Assembly: GCA_000934665.2 (NCBI GenBank)
Contig: JYFJ02003682.1
Location: 1 to 38,977 of the forward strand
Direction: 5' to 3'
DNA: 38,977 bases
Source: Catajapyx aquilonaris
Lineage: Eukaryota
Shown here: in pieces, positions 26,428 through 37,486 of the stretch
How positions within the stretch are numbered: position 1 is the first letter of the stretch
Layout of the letters: each line of letters begins with the position of its first letter
Position numbers and translations under genes: made by a program
Notes under the pieces: generated by a model
The model's database searches: none
What the model was told of the DNA's origin: nothing
What the model saw: only the letters and a program-made list of their open reading frames with translations

Positions 26428-26482
26428 TAGACCATCGAGAATCGAACCCTAGACCTCCAATTTCCAACCAGTAATTTCGCTC
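26428..26482 (-). mobile_element. tRNA-SINE head remnant
   Basis: Minus strand ggaggtctagggttcgattctcg is B-box-like; A box and body are not recognisable. Confidence 0.35.
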
Positions 26483-28198
26483 AATCACAGCCAACATCAG
26501 CATGCAGTTGCAATCTTCCGATCTTCGTAGGGAATCCTGGAAGACACACGTGGGGCAGGTCTCTCAGCATTTTTTTTTCAGGGAGGGAAGTTATATGACA
26601 TTGACCTCCCTGAACACCCAATGCAGGGATGACCCTGACTGAGGCAGGTGAAGGCCAAATGGATGCAAATGAGGAGGACTTGGGGAGGTGAATCGCCCCT
26701 CATGCTCTTGCACTCCACTGACCACCACCTTCTTTTTTTGTATATGTGGTTGGAGGGGGGGGGGGAAGTAAAATACACTCTTAAGCTGCAGGTGTCTTAC
26801 GTGGGAAATTATGAGAAAATGTCTGGAATTTTGCGCTCTTTTGTTGTTACGTACGCCGGCCTTATGTGGCTGTCTTAATAACCCTGGTGTAAGGTTTCTG
26901 CCTATAAAAACTGGAATTATGGGGGTGCAAAAGAAGTGACCTCTACTTTGACCCAGGTCCGGATTTTTCTCAAGGGTGGCGAATTATTTGCGTGTGTAGG
27001 CTATCATTAGCAACTGGCTCATTAAAACGGGCCCAGTGGTTCAGTTATTAGTACATTGTAATACACATGTGTGTTTAAAAAACATGCACGACACGCAAAT
27101 AATTTTTTTTTTAATTAAATAAATATTAAGCAAATTTTGGCAGTCGTTGGACATCCAACGACAACGACGCCCGTGTGAACCTTATCTTAAAATAACTTCA
27201 TTCTTGCATCCTTCACAAGTGCAGCTTCCTTGTTCGCACCATGCATTGCATGTTTAAATTTGCATGCAACTCCAGAAATTCTATTTATTCCTCTGAACCA
27301 TGTGCGCACAATTTTACGAAAGTTTCGTGAGATTTTCCTTGCATTTGTACTGTATGACGTTAATATCCCCAGCCAACTTCTCATGTTAAATCGTTTCCTC
27401 CGTCAGCGCAAGGACAACCTTGCTGAAACAAAGAAGTCACCCTAGCGTTTTACGAAAATCATGCTTTAATGACTGTCAGGTATAAAAATAAAATTTTTGT
27501 AAAAAAAAAGTGCCCTGATAAGCCCCTCCTTAGAGCACTTAATCCCTTCCCTGTTTTGCAACATTTCCGCATTATATTTGTAAAGACCGGTAAGGAAGAC
27601 CCATTTATGGAATGACCTATGTGCCATATATGTGCGGATATGTGAAAACCTTCACATGTGCTCATAGCCTGAAAGTTGTTAATATTTTGCCCGAACACAG
27701 CATAAATTTCGAATATAATAAAAATAATTCAATTTTACAATTCAATAATAATTTTAAATTAAAAAGTATACCAGTTTCTGTAAAAAAAAATGTCCTAACT
27801 GCACTCTTTTTTTTCTTTATGATGTGTTCCTCATGTGTGCTCCACATGTCACCAGTGCAACAGACATGCGTTTCCCCCCATTTACGACGCATTTTATTCC
27901 CATCGTGACAACCAAATAATTGAGCAGGAACCATGGGGGTCGCTTCTTCCTGAAGGGAAATGGAAAGTGAAACACATTTTGTTAGCCTGGTGCAGTAGGT
28001 CAAGGAGGCTGTTCCCATGCTCTTTCCCCCTGTTTGCCCATGGCATCAGGCATCGGAAGGGTGAAAGTATTGCAGGTACAAAGTTCATACAGGTGACCAG
28101 GGCAAATTTTGGCAGTACGCACGTGCAAGACCTGGTTCGCGCCTACGAAAACCAGTTCCAATCACGATCAACGTCAACGACCACAACCATCAGCTGTG

Positions 28199-31100
28199 AT
28201 GCAAAACGTTATCTTTTCATCGGTAACACCCTGTTTTTTTTAGTCCAGTTTTTTTTAAAGATATGAGCTCTCGTTAAAATAATTTATCCAACCTTGAGCA
28301 CACCCCCTTTCTCCGATGTTTCAGTACAGTTGCTAGATCCACCCACTGCAGCCTATTTAAATGAGGACAAATTTCTCACGACTTTTTTTTTCAAGTCTTT
28401 TGTACGACTGATTTGGTTAGTGGGTGTGAAGAAAAAAAAGTGCGTCATCGTACGGGAATGCTATGGTGTACCGGTTCCTTGAAATCTGATCAGGCCTTGT
28501 TATATAATCCAAGGTCAATGTAAGAATAGTGAAGTAACGAAAGTGAAACACCTGTTTTTTGTGTATGCCTGTCAATAAATCTAGGTCCGGATATAACAGA
28601 TTTTAGGGTTCTAAAATTGGGAATGTTAATTTTAAAGCAATTTCTTCATTTGTTATTAAGGCCTGTTAAGCTAAATATATAGCTAAATATAAAATAATCG
28701 GTCACTGTATTTTTTTTCTTATAAATTTTATAAGAAAAAATACAGTGACTGATTGCATATTTTTCAAGCGATTTTAATATTTTCACAAATAATATCACAT
28801 AAATGCTGATGCACATTATTTATCAGAAAAATGCAACTAATATACCTAATATAATAATAGCGTATTTATTAGTCTGCTTAGTCTTAATATGAGTCAATTT
28901 ATTAGTCAGCTTAGTCTTAATATTTCGCATTTGTTTATTAGTTAATTTATTTATTTACTTATTAGTTTATTTATTTATTTATTTATTTACTTATTTGTTT
29001 GTTAATTTATTTATTTATTAACTATACTTAGGCACTTTGTTATCTGACCACAAAACTGATTGGATTTCAAGAGTTGGCGTCTCAATATTTGTAAATGACA
29101 TGAATTGCGTCAGTGTTTTTACAACATTCGCAAACAAAAAAGTGATGCCAAAAATGGCGAGAAACCCGCGAGACAGGGTGTTAAGAAAACCAGCTTTCTT
29201 TCAATGGCAGTTATGGAAGTTGAAAGTCAGTCATTTACGAAACTGTGGGACAAGTTCACGAACCAGTCAGGAAATAATCCTTTGAGCGCGTGGGCATCTA
29301 GAAGAAAGAAAAAAAAAATGTTGAGGACATGGGTGCAACATAATGTTGATACATTGCCAAAGAACGACCTCAGTAAAGTGCATAAATAAACATGGGCAAC
29401 AACAAAAAAAAACTGTACAAGAACCACTCCCATGTTGCTTGTTATCTTTTTCCGTGCAAATACACACCCTGTCTTCGACTAAATTTTTTTGCGAGCGATT
29501 GCGTAAGTTTATGCGTGACTTGAGTATTTAATCAGATTGGTAGTTTTTAAAAATATTTGAAGCATAAAAAGTGCCGCTGCATTGCCAAGGTCTGACAGCG
29601 GTTTCCTGGACTTATTGACCTCAGTAATGTTTAGTGCCAAAATAATGGGCAAATTCCAGTTTGTTACGACCACAACTTAGATATGCGTGATTACTGTATT
29701 AAGCAGGCTTTAAATATTTTAGAACATAAAAACTGCAGATCTGTCAAGGTCTGCCGGAAGTTTTTGTTGTATGCTCTTATGCTATGAAAGATTGAACTCA
29801 ATTGTCGTACATAATTCGTCACTCTTACTAATTTTATGCACACAATGTGCGAATATTTAAATGCATTTTAAGCTACAAGTGTATGACGCAACTTGTATGA
29901 ATAATGGTTTATTTACATTGCGATTGATTTCATTTACAAGGATGCCCACAAATCACTGCCACATCCGCTGTGCGTCGTAACGTCCTGTTTGCATGCAATA
30001 AGATACATGCCGACAATAAAAATAAAGCATCACACATCGCTCGGTACGCCCTCGAGGTTAATGCTCAAGACAACTGGTGCGAACACAAGACATGCGAAAA
30101 ACCTTGCCTTAACCGACCTTGGTGCTTAATTAGGAAAATACGAAAATTCGCCCATTATGCACATACTCATGGCCTTGCACACTTCGGAATACCACATGGC
30201 CTCTGAAGCATGGTATTTAACCCGGTTGTTGAACTATATGTACTGTGATGCAACCGCGTCGGTGACATTATGAAAACAATGGCGATGCGCCAATTTATGC
30301 AATCTTGATTAGTGCAAATTGGGTCCATGCCCGACTGCTCAATCGTAACAGAGATTTGGTTTGGTTTATAGATTAGCTACGCCCCGATCATGCTATTTGG
30401 ATGGTGATGTCAGGTAGAGAGATCTCTTAATAATGTACTGTAACACTAACTAAACAAAAATAATTTAATTGAAAAAAATAGCTGGATTTTTTTAGCCCAG
30501 TTCTCTAACGTTTAAAATGACCGTTAGGCCAAAGAACGCCAAAGAACGATCTGACGTCACACCAGCCATGTTTTATGAGCATGCGCAGTATGTTTTCAAA
30601 GCGATTCGGGGACATGATTGGAGGGAAGAGCCGGATGGAGGCGGGGCTACACGTGACGTCAGATCATTCTTTGGCTTAACCGTAAAGGTTAGGTTAATTG
30701 TCCGGACCTGTTGCATATGAAGTTGTGTACGAATCTACGAAGTTACTTAATCCTTGATTATTTTTTCCACAGACTTTCATCATCGTGACATGGTCACTGT
30801 GTGCCGTGTATGGCTGGAGTGATTCGCCGAGTCAGTACCATATCCAGACGGACGAAGGGACTGACAGGTTCTTTCGGTACCAGACCTACAATGGGCAGTA
30901 CCGGAAGGAGAGGAGGTTGGACGACGGTACGGTGGTCGGTACATACGGATGGGTCGATCCGGCAGGGATGTTGAGGCTGACAGACTACGTTGCTGACACT
31001 AAAGGGTACCGAGTAGTGAAATCTAGGGTCAGGTACGTCGGTTCGGATGTCCTTCGAGCAGGTACTCCGACCACGACTCCGACAACGACGCCCAAGCCCA

Positions 31101-31519
31101 CTACCAAGTACACGCCAACATACACGCCGTCGTATGATCCGACGTACAACACCGTGGATGGCGGGTACTACAATCCGACAGTACCGACTCAAGCGCCATA
31201 CTACAAGCAGCAGGCAGGATACGACATACCCCCATCGTCGTACCGACCTCGAGTGGATTACGACCAATCCAACTTTGTCGGAAACTTGGGCAACGCTGAT
31301 TACGAGTCCACATCCAACGGGTTTGTGTACCGTTTGCCATGGCAATACCACCGCGAGAACACGGACACATACGGACAGAGGATCGGCAGCTTCGGGTACG
31401 TCGATCCCTTCGGTATCAGAAGAATCATACACTACAACGCAGGCAGGGACGGATTTGTGCATCGCAAGGACTTCAAGTACGTCGGACACAACGTACCGGC
31501 AGCGCTCTATAACTACTAA
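28199..31519 (+). CDS. Cuticle protein with two R&R/Chitin_bind_4-like domains separated by a T/P/Y-rich linker, about 256 aa
   Basis: Main exon 30773-31519 follows acceptor ttttttccacag (high confidence): FRYQTYNGQYRKERRLDDGTVVGTYGWVDPAGMLRLTDYVADTKGYR and YHRENTDTYGQRIGSFGYVDPFGIRRIIHYNAGRDGF. Inferred first exon 28199-28222 (MQNVIFSS|gtaac, phase 0) completes a signal peptide MQNVIFSSTFIIVTWSLCAVYG; this exon is less certain. Confidence 0.85.
28696..28754. repeat. AT-rich palindrome, about 59 bp
   Basis: aatcggtcactgtatttt...cttataaa t tttataag...aaatacagtgactgatt; arms differ in homopolymer length and one base. Confidence 0.85.
28866..29020. repeat. 26-bp duplication followed by (TATT)n microsatellite
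   Basis: tttattagtc(t/a)gcttagtcttaatat twice, then degenerate TATT runs. Confidence 0.8.
30520..30683. mobile_element. MITE (about 164 bp), possibly PIF/Harbinger-type, in the cuticle gene 3 intron
   Basis: TIRs accgttaggccaaagaac..gatctgacgtcac and gtgacgtcagatcattctttggcttaaccgt; left TIR has a 10-bp duplication (gccaaagaac); tga/taa triplets at the ends resemble a TWA TSD. Confidence 0.75.
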
Positions 31520-32704
31520 CATTTGGACATGAGCCGCCAAGTCAAGTGTTCTCATCTGTTGATATTACACGATGCAGGTTACAAGCAGTTGGTTCTAAAT
31601 TTAGTACTGCTCATAACCTGCATTGTACAACGATTTTGTTCAGAAATTAGAATGGCCATCTTCATTCCAGAAAATGTTAGAGACTGACATGCCGATAAAG
31701 GCAACGTGGTTATTAAAATTTATGTTGGGTTGACAGGTGTGACTAATTTATACGTCGTGAATCTTGAATTTTCCTTCATTTCTGAAGCGATCGTCTTGAG
31801 GCGGAAAATCCGCAATTTTAAAGCATATATAATGTTTTTTTAAAAAATCAAGGTTCGTGCACATCTGTACACTTGTGGTAATCACATTGTCTCATACTGA
31901 CAGGTGTGAAAGACATCAATGTGTATACTCACCCTTTTTTTGTAACTTATTTGTAACTTTTTTTTTCCTTCCATTTATTTTCACTTGCACTTGTAAGATT
32001 ACGTTGTCAGATATGTCTCATGACGTAATTTTTAATGTAGGATAAATGGTTTGAGGTGTGAACCGGTGCCAAAGGAAAAAAATTTGCTGAATAAACTTAC
32101 ATTAATGTCTCGGGGCAATGTGACATTATTAAAAATTGAGTCAGATTTTTTTTTAATGCGTCTTATCTAACCACCAGTTGCCCCCAGGCCATCATCTTCC
32201 GGATGTTGCAATTGCATGTGAACCATCACTGTTTTAATATGTTAAGTGTATGCTCTGAGAGCAATTCTGTTATTGGAGCCTTCCAAGGTGAAGGAGTGTC
32301 TTTAATTGTTCCTCCAGGTATGCCCGCCCCAGGAGAGGATTCCATTAGTTACCTATAAATGAGCCAATCCCCCCTGAAGATGGCGACCATTAAAGAACGT
32401 GTCATTCATAACAATAATAAAATGTAACAACCTATAGCTATCTCTTACTGACTGTGAGACCAAAAATTCCATTCTCGCCCAGGGGTTGTGATAGTGTCGA
32501 CCCCCAACACATCCATCATCCTGTGGCTGGGCCCCCCCTTGGTCACACTCGTGCCCTCAGACCAGGTTTCCACACCCAAAGCCTGACCTTGCCCGCCCAC
32601 ACCATGCTAGGGGCAAAACCTCGTCTCCTTCCTTCTTTGGCCATACCCCGAAAATGTTAGGCATCTGAAGTGACTGGATGAGCCAAGTACGACATACCCT
32701 AAGA

Positions 32705-32948
32705 CAGTGCTGGACATTAATTCAGTCATACTGCTAGCGACATTTTCTGATGCGGCAGACGTGCAAGTGCTAGCCGCGCGAGTAAGAAATGGTAGCCCTT
32801 GGGTGACGTCACTGGCTGAGGCCGTTTCGCCATTGCCCTCCAGCCGGTGACGTCACTCAAAGCCTACCTTATCTTACTCGCACGGCTCCGACTTGCACTT
32901 CTGCCGCAACTGTCGCTAGCAGTATGACGCGATTAAAGTCCAACACTG
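32705..32948. mobile_element. Fold-back MITE (244 bp, about 110-bp arms), Tc1/mariner-like termini
   Basis: Begins cagtgctggac and ends gtccaacactg followed by TA. Arms pair throughout (gtcatactgctagcgaca / tgtcgctagcagtatgac; gcgagtaaga / tcttactcgc; gtgacgtcac in both arms). Confidence 0.85.
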
Positions 32949-33471
32949 TACACTGTACCTCCTCTTCTCTGTTGCAAAACATGCGGATGTACCTGCACAC
33001 ATCATTATGCCCTTTTTTTGAAAGATATAAATGTCTAACGGATCTTTGGCTGGCTTCACGCAAAGAAAACGATTCAAAAGCCCACACAATATTTTCGGAC
33101 ACTTTCACATCCAAAGAATGTGGGGAAACCACTTTTACTCTTGTACGTCTTTTGGACTTCCAGTTTTTTTTTCCGTTTAATCAACCTGGAGGGACCATAC
33201 ACATTGATAAAAAGGGAACGTGAACGGATATCTACACGGTGTTTTTATTCGCGAAGTGAATTTCGTGCCTAACTAACGTCCAGTAAGGCGTGAAATGGGG
33301 TCAGGACTGTAGGATTTATGGTTCTGCCGTAGTAACGATATGTCGTGAGTAAAATAAAAGCAGTACGTTGTAGGGCAGATACGATAATAAAGGAATCTGA
33401 AACGTCCTCCATGTAAAGAGTATTTTGGTGTATAGACACATCTAACTAGCGATTTATTGTCAGTGGACATG

Positions 33472-36022
33472 TTATTCTCGGTTCAAAATGAAGTGTAAGG
33501 GTCGATCTGGCTGATTGATCAAGTGTGACACACAGTCTATTTTCCCTCCAGGCCATCCAATCCGATAGTTTTGCAAGAACTGTAATAATAATAAAAAAGT
33601 GATTGTTCACACTTGTCCTGAATTGCTTTGGAAGCACTGTTCCTTCTAATTTAATAACTTACTCGTATGAGAAGAATTTGCATATTGAGTTCAGCCAATC
33701 GGCGTCCAATGCATGCTCGGGGTCCAAACCCAAATGGAAGGACCAAAAATGGATGCGACTTCTTATCTGATCTGTCCAACCAACGTTCTGGGATGAACTT
33801 ATCTGGACATTCGAAATATTGGGGCAGCCTGCATGACACCTGGTTTTGGGTCACCACCACAGTCTGTAAATATGTAAAAAAATTATTGCACAATCAGGAA
33901 AAGTATAAGAGTCATATACCCCTTCAGGTAGTGAATATCCTCCAATCACAGAGTCTTGAGGAAGGATTCGTCCAATTCCGATCGAAATTGGGTTCAGACG
34001 AAGACTTTCCTTGATCACAGCTTTCAAATAGCGCGCCTCTGACAGTACAGATTGGGTCAAAGGTTCGTCCTTCCGGTGACCGATCAGGGAAGCGATTTCT
34101 TTTTTCAGGATATCTTGCTTTTCCGGGTTTGTTGCAAGGTGGTACAGGAGAAAACTGGTGCTAAATGCAGTCTAAGAGGAAACTGGTTTTAATTGGAGTC
34201 AACAGGTTTGGATGAATTACTTACGGTGTCAATTCCAGCCAACAGCATGTCAGCTATCATTGTCACCACATCTTTCGTGTCCAACTCCGGATTTTTAAGG
34301 TATGTCTCCAACAGTGTATCGGCTCGTTCTTCCTCGGAGGTTGATTCAAGCTGTTTCAGTTTGGAGTTCACAAACGATGTGGCAACCCTGTTCCAGTCAA
34401 AAAAAAAAATTTGTCAAATCCATATTCGGTATCAAAAAGTTCAACTCACATTTCTAGATGCGAGAGACCTTTCTTCACGACTTTGTAGAGCGGAGTTTCT
34501 ATTCTCTTCCATAGTTGAGGTCCATTGTCTGTCCTCAGTATGGACTTGTTGACATCATCAGCAGCTTTGATCAGCTCAAGAGGTCCAGCAGCCTTCTTCG
34601 GATTTGAATCCAAACTTCCTAACCTCACATCAAACGTAACTACTCCCACAACTGAAAATGAAGTCCATAAAAATTTATAAATAAATATTAATTGCAGCTG
34701 AATACTGTGAGGACCCGCCCCCTACAGGGTCATGTGATGTGGGTGGGCATGCGCACTGCTTCCCTGGCTTTGGCCAGGGGAGAGTCACTCTCCCCTGGCC
34801 AAAGCCAGCAGTTGGTAACCACAGGTGGTGACTTGGAAGGTCCAATAAACCAGTCCATGGAACCCAGTTGTTTTCTTGGTAGAGCTAGGGCTGGCCCTGG
34901 GGCGGACCCTGGGTCGTCGCAATACTTACATTCGAGAAACACTCGCATTAACTCGGGCACAAAATCTTTATGTCCAGTTTCTATGATGGCCAATCGTTCC
35001 ACAAAGTCAAGAGCAACTGTGTCCAGTTGTGGGATGTGGACCCTGATGTTTTTGAGGGTGCTCAGAGGTTTTTGAACTTTGGCTCGAAATTCTGCCCAAA
35101 CTGGTCCATTGCTAAGTCGAAACCAGGTTACTTTATACAATGTTTATTCAAATTTATATTGTTCTAACTCACGTCGGGAGCAGTCCTGCCGAATTGTACG
35201 TATCGGGCCTGTCCAACCGGTACTTCTCAACGGCCAGATGGCTTCTTCTCATTGGATATCTGCCCTCCTGATGAAACAATTCTTCGATATGGCTCGGATT
35301 GAAGAGCCACACCACTGGAACACCGGACACTACCTCTTCCTTCACTACTTCTCCATATTTGACGTATTTCTTCAGGCCATTTTGGTGCATCCGGTGGAAA
35401 TTGTATTCGCCTATTTTTATCAAGTGGATATTAATTTTGTTAATTCATTTATTTATGATAATAAACTAGCATAACATGAGAGGTGTGGACTTATTTGCTG
35501 ATTATGCATTTAGGACACCCTCACTAATCATGTTCCTCCTACGTACCATCAAAGCGACAATGCTTTTGCCAATTTTTTTTCTTATCTCACGCTCCAGCTC
35601 CACCCATGTAATTATTGCAAAAATATGGCCTTATCTAAACCTGAACCTATATGCTCCAACCATAATCCGTTCCATAAATAGACGCCTAATAAAAGGATCA
35701 GAGTGAAGTTTCAAGGTGGACGGATGAGATTCACCTTGACCTCTGAAATAAACAGTGGTTGATGGCTCCAGCAGCACCCGCAGCTTTTAATTACACCCTA
35801 AATTATAATATCTAATGATAGAAAATTGTTGCATCGGCTTCTCTCTAAACGAGTCCTTTTTTTTCCAATGTAACACCCATCAATCATGCGTGATATGCAC
35901 ATTGTCTTACCAACACCAGGTATGTATCGCCATAGTGTACCAACACCTGGTAGTGGTTTTGGTCCTGGTATGTCCTGGAACCGTTTTGGCGATGAGGAAT
36001 AGGCTCGAACATACTTGAACAT
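33472..36022 (-). CDS. Cyp302a1: Cytochrome P450 302A1 (disembodied, ecdysteroid 22-hydroxylase), mitochondrial clan, 8 coding exons, 485 aa
   Basis: Exons 36022-35911, 35410-35173, 35111-34930, 34651-34450, 34387-34225, 34171-33920, 33863-33663 and 33579-33472 total 1458 nt in frame. N-terminal IPGPKPLP; dib-like EGRYPMRRSHLAVEKYRLDRPDTYNSAGLLPTNGPVW; I-helix AGIDTT; K-helix ESLR; PERW; heme PFGFGPRACIG; AATAAA on minus at 33458-33453. Orthology is from recognition, not a search. Confidence 0.9.
34764..34808. repeat. Perfect 22-bp inverted repeat (1-nt spacer) in Cyp302a1 intron 3
   Basis: ctggctttggccaggggagagt-c-actctcccctggccaaagccag. Confidence 0.95.
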
Positions 36023-36027
36023 GGCAA

Positions 36028-36240
36028 CTGATTTTTGGAGAGAGGGATAGAAAATAGAGCAAGGTCACCGGGTGATTCTAAAATTACTCACCTTTTACAG
36101 AAGGGGATGCTACTAAATGGAAGGTCCTTCCTGCGAACCCAGAAGTTGTAAAGTAACCGGTTTTTCCTTCAGGTATGACCCATCTGTCTCACCCCCCTCT
36201 GACTAGGTTGTCACGTTTAACCAAAAATTGTTGATTTATA
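36028..36240 (-). promoter_or_regulatory. Cyp302a1 core promoter, 5'UTR exon and 64-bp 5'UTR intron
   Basis: TATAAAT at 36240-36234; donor aag|gtgagt at 36091; acceptor cag ending 36028, 5 nt before the ATG. Confidence 0.55.
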
Positions 36241-36626
36241 TCTTAGTTTCGATATGAAATTACGTCAAGATGCTCCTAATTAGTCTAATTATGATTGTAT
36301 ATTGCTGGTGTTGGCCATTTATTTTAGTGGATTTAGAAGACCGTGGCGCCCTCTGCTCCATGGGGGTCACCTTCGCGAGCAGGACCCATGAATTAGTCAG
36401 TAGCTTTCATGCCTTAAACATCGTCATTTGTCATTCGGAGGGGGGAGGGAGGTTGCCCAATCTGACATGATCTTTATTTTTAGGACCAGCAAATGTCACT
36501 TTCACATTTTTTGATGTCGTGAAATATCCGAACATGATTACAAAAGGAGTGGCATTTGATCAGTTCAACATAAAGTAATTTGTTACTATCAAAGTTACTG
36601 AGACAATTAGTTACTTGAACATTAAA

Positions 36627-37054
36627 CTATCGGTTATATTTATTTATTCAATTATTTATTTAACTACCCCGTTCTCCGGCCGAAACTTTCGGTTATAACA
36701 GATTCGAAAGGCCGGTCCCTCAATACTTCCATATATAAGACCCTGTGAATTTTTACTCCTGATATAACAGACGTTCACCTCACCTCGGATATAACAGATC
36801 ATTTCTTGGCCCCTTGAAGGGAAAATACACTATTTCTGGCGTAAAATTTGCACAAAAAATTGGTAGAAGAAAATTTAGGATTTTTTTTTTGGTCCTGCAT
36901 ATAGTTTCATTAATAAATGCAGTAGTGGAAGCATATGGAAAGCATAAAACTTTGTGTATTCCTTGCAAAAGTGACGATTTCGCTACAGCAGACCTCGGTT
37001 ATAACATACTTTTTTCCACGGTCCCTTGAAGTCTGTTATATCCTGATTCAACTG
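36627..37054. mobile_element. Degenerate Tc1/mariner-like MITE with recurrent (g)atataacaga / cggttataaca motifs
   Basis: Motifs recur at about 36690, 36760, 36788 and 36996; right end ggtcccttgaagtctgttatatcctgattcaactg followed by TA. Left boundary uncertain. Confidence 0.55.
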
Positions 37055-37059
37055 TATAT

Positions 37060-37220
37060 TGCATTTTTGCATCACATGACCTTCAATTTATGCCACTGCA
37101 TATTTTATTTATTCATTTATTTATTTATGGTATACTTGAGCAACTCAGAGTAGACCTATAGCATTTTTGCAACACATGACCTTCCAATTTACATCAGGTT
37201 AGGCCTGCACATTTTATTAA
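37060..37220. repeat. Imperfect tandem duplication, period about 100 bp
   Basis: gcatttttgcatcacatgaccttcaattta vs gcatttttgcaacacatgaccttccaattta, each followed by ctgca(t/c)attttatt. Confidence 0.7.
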
Positions 37221-37386
37221 TTATTAATTACATATTACCACATATTATAATCTATGCAGTGGAAGCAACAATAGCAACTTATTTTATTTATTTATTTGCG
37301 TACCGGTATTTTATATCCTGTTACAAGACCATTTAATTTATGCCCAGTTGCTTCCCCTCGCTAGACGTATCTGTGGCAACAATCTG

Positions 37387-37486
37387 AGGTCAAAAGGTCA
37401 CAGCTGCTGACGTCAACCACCTAACAAGAAAAAGACCCCGTTTGAATGTGGCGCATAAAATCCCTCGCGCGCCTCTCCCTTCAGTT
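37387..37486 (+). promoter_or_regulatory. Cystatin promoter: DR2, CRE, TATA-like and Inr
   Basis: AGGTCAaaAGGTCA 37387-37400; TGACGTCA 37408-37415; CATAAAA 37454-37460; TCAGTT 37481-37486 at canonical spacing. Confidence 0.55.

Noticed and set aside
30794..31555. 253-aa minus-strand ORF (and 161-aa alternative plus frame)
   Set aside because: Shadows of the GC3-rich cuticle gene 3 exon with no recognisable domain.
36092..36190. Coding N-terminal extension of Cyp302a1 from the upstream exon
   Set aside because: The frame is open but has no in-frame ATG after an upstream TGA, so it is treated as 5'UTR.
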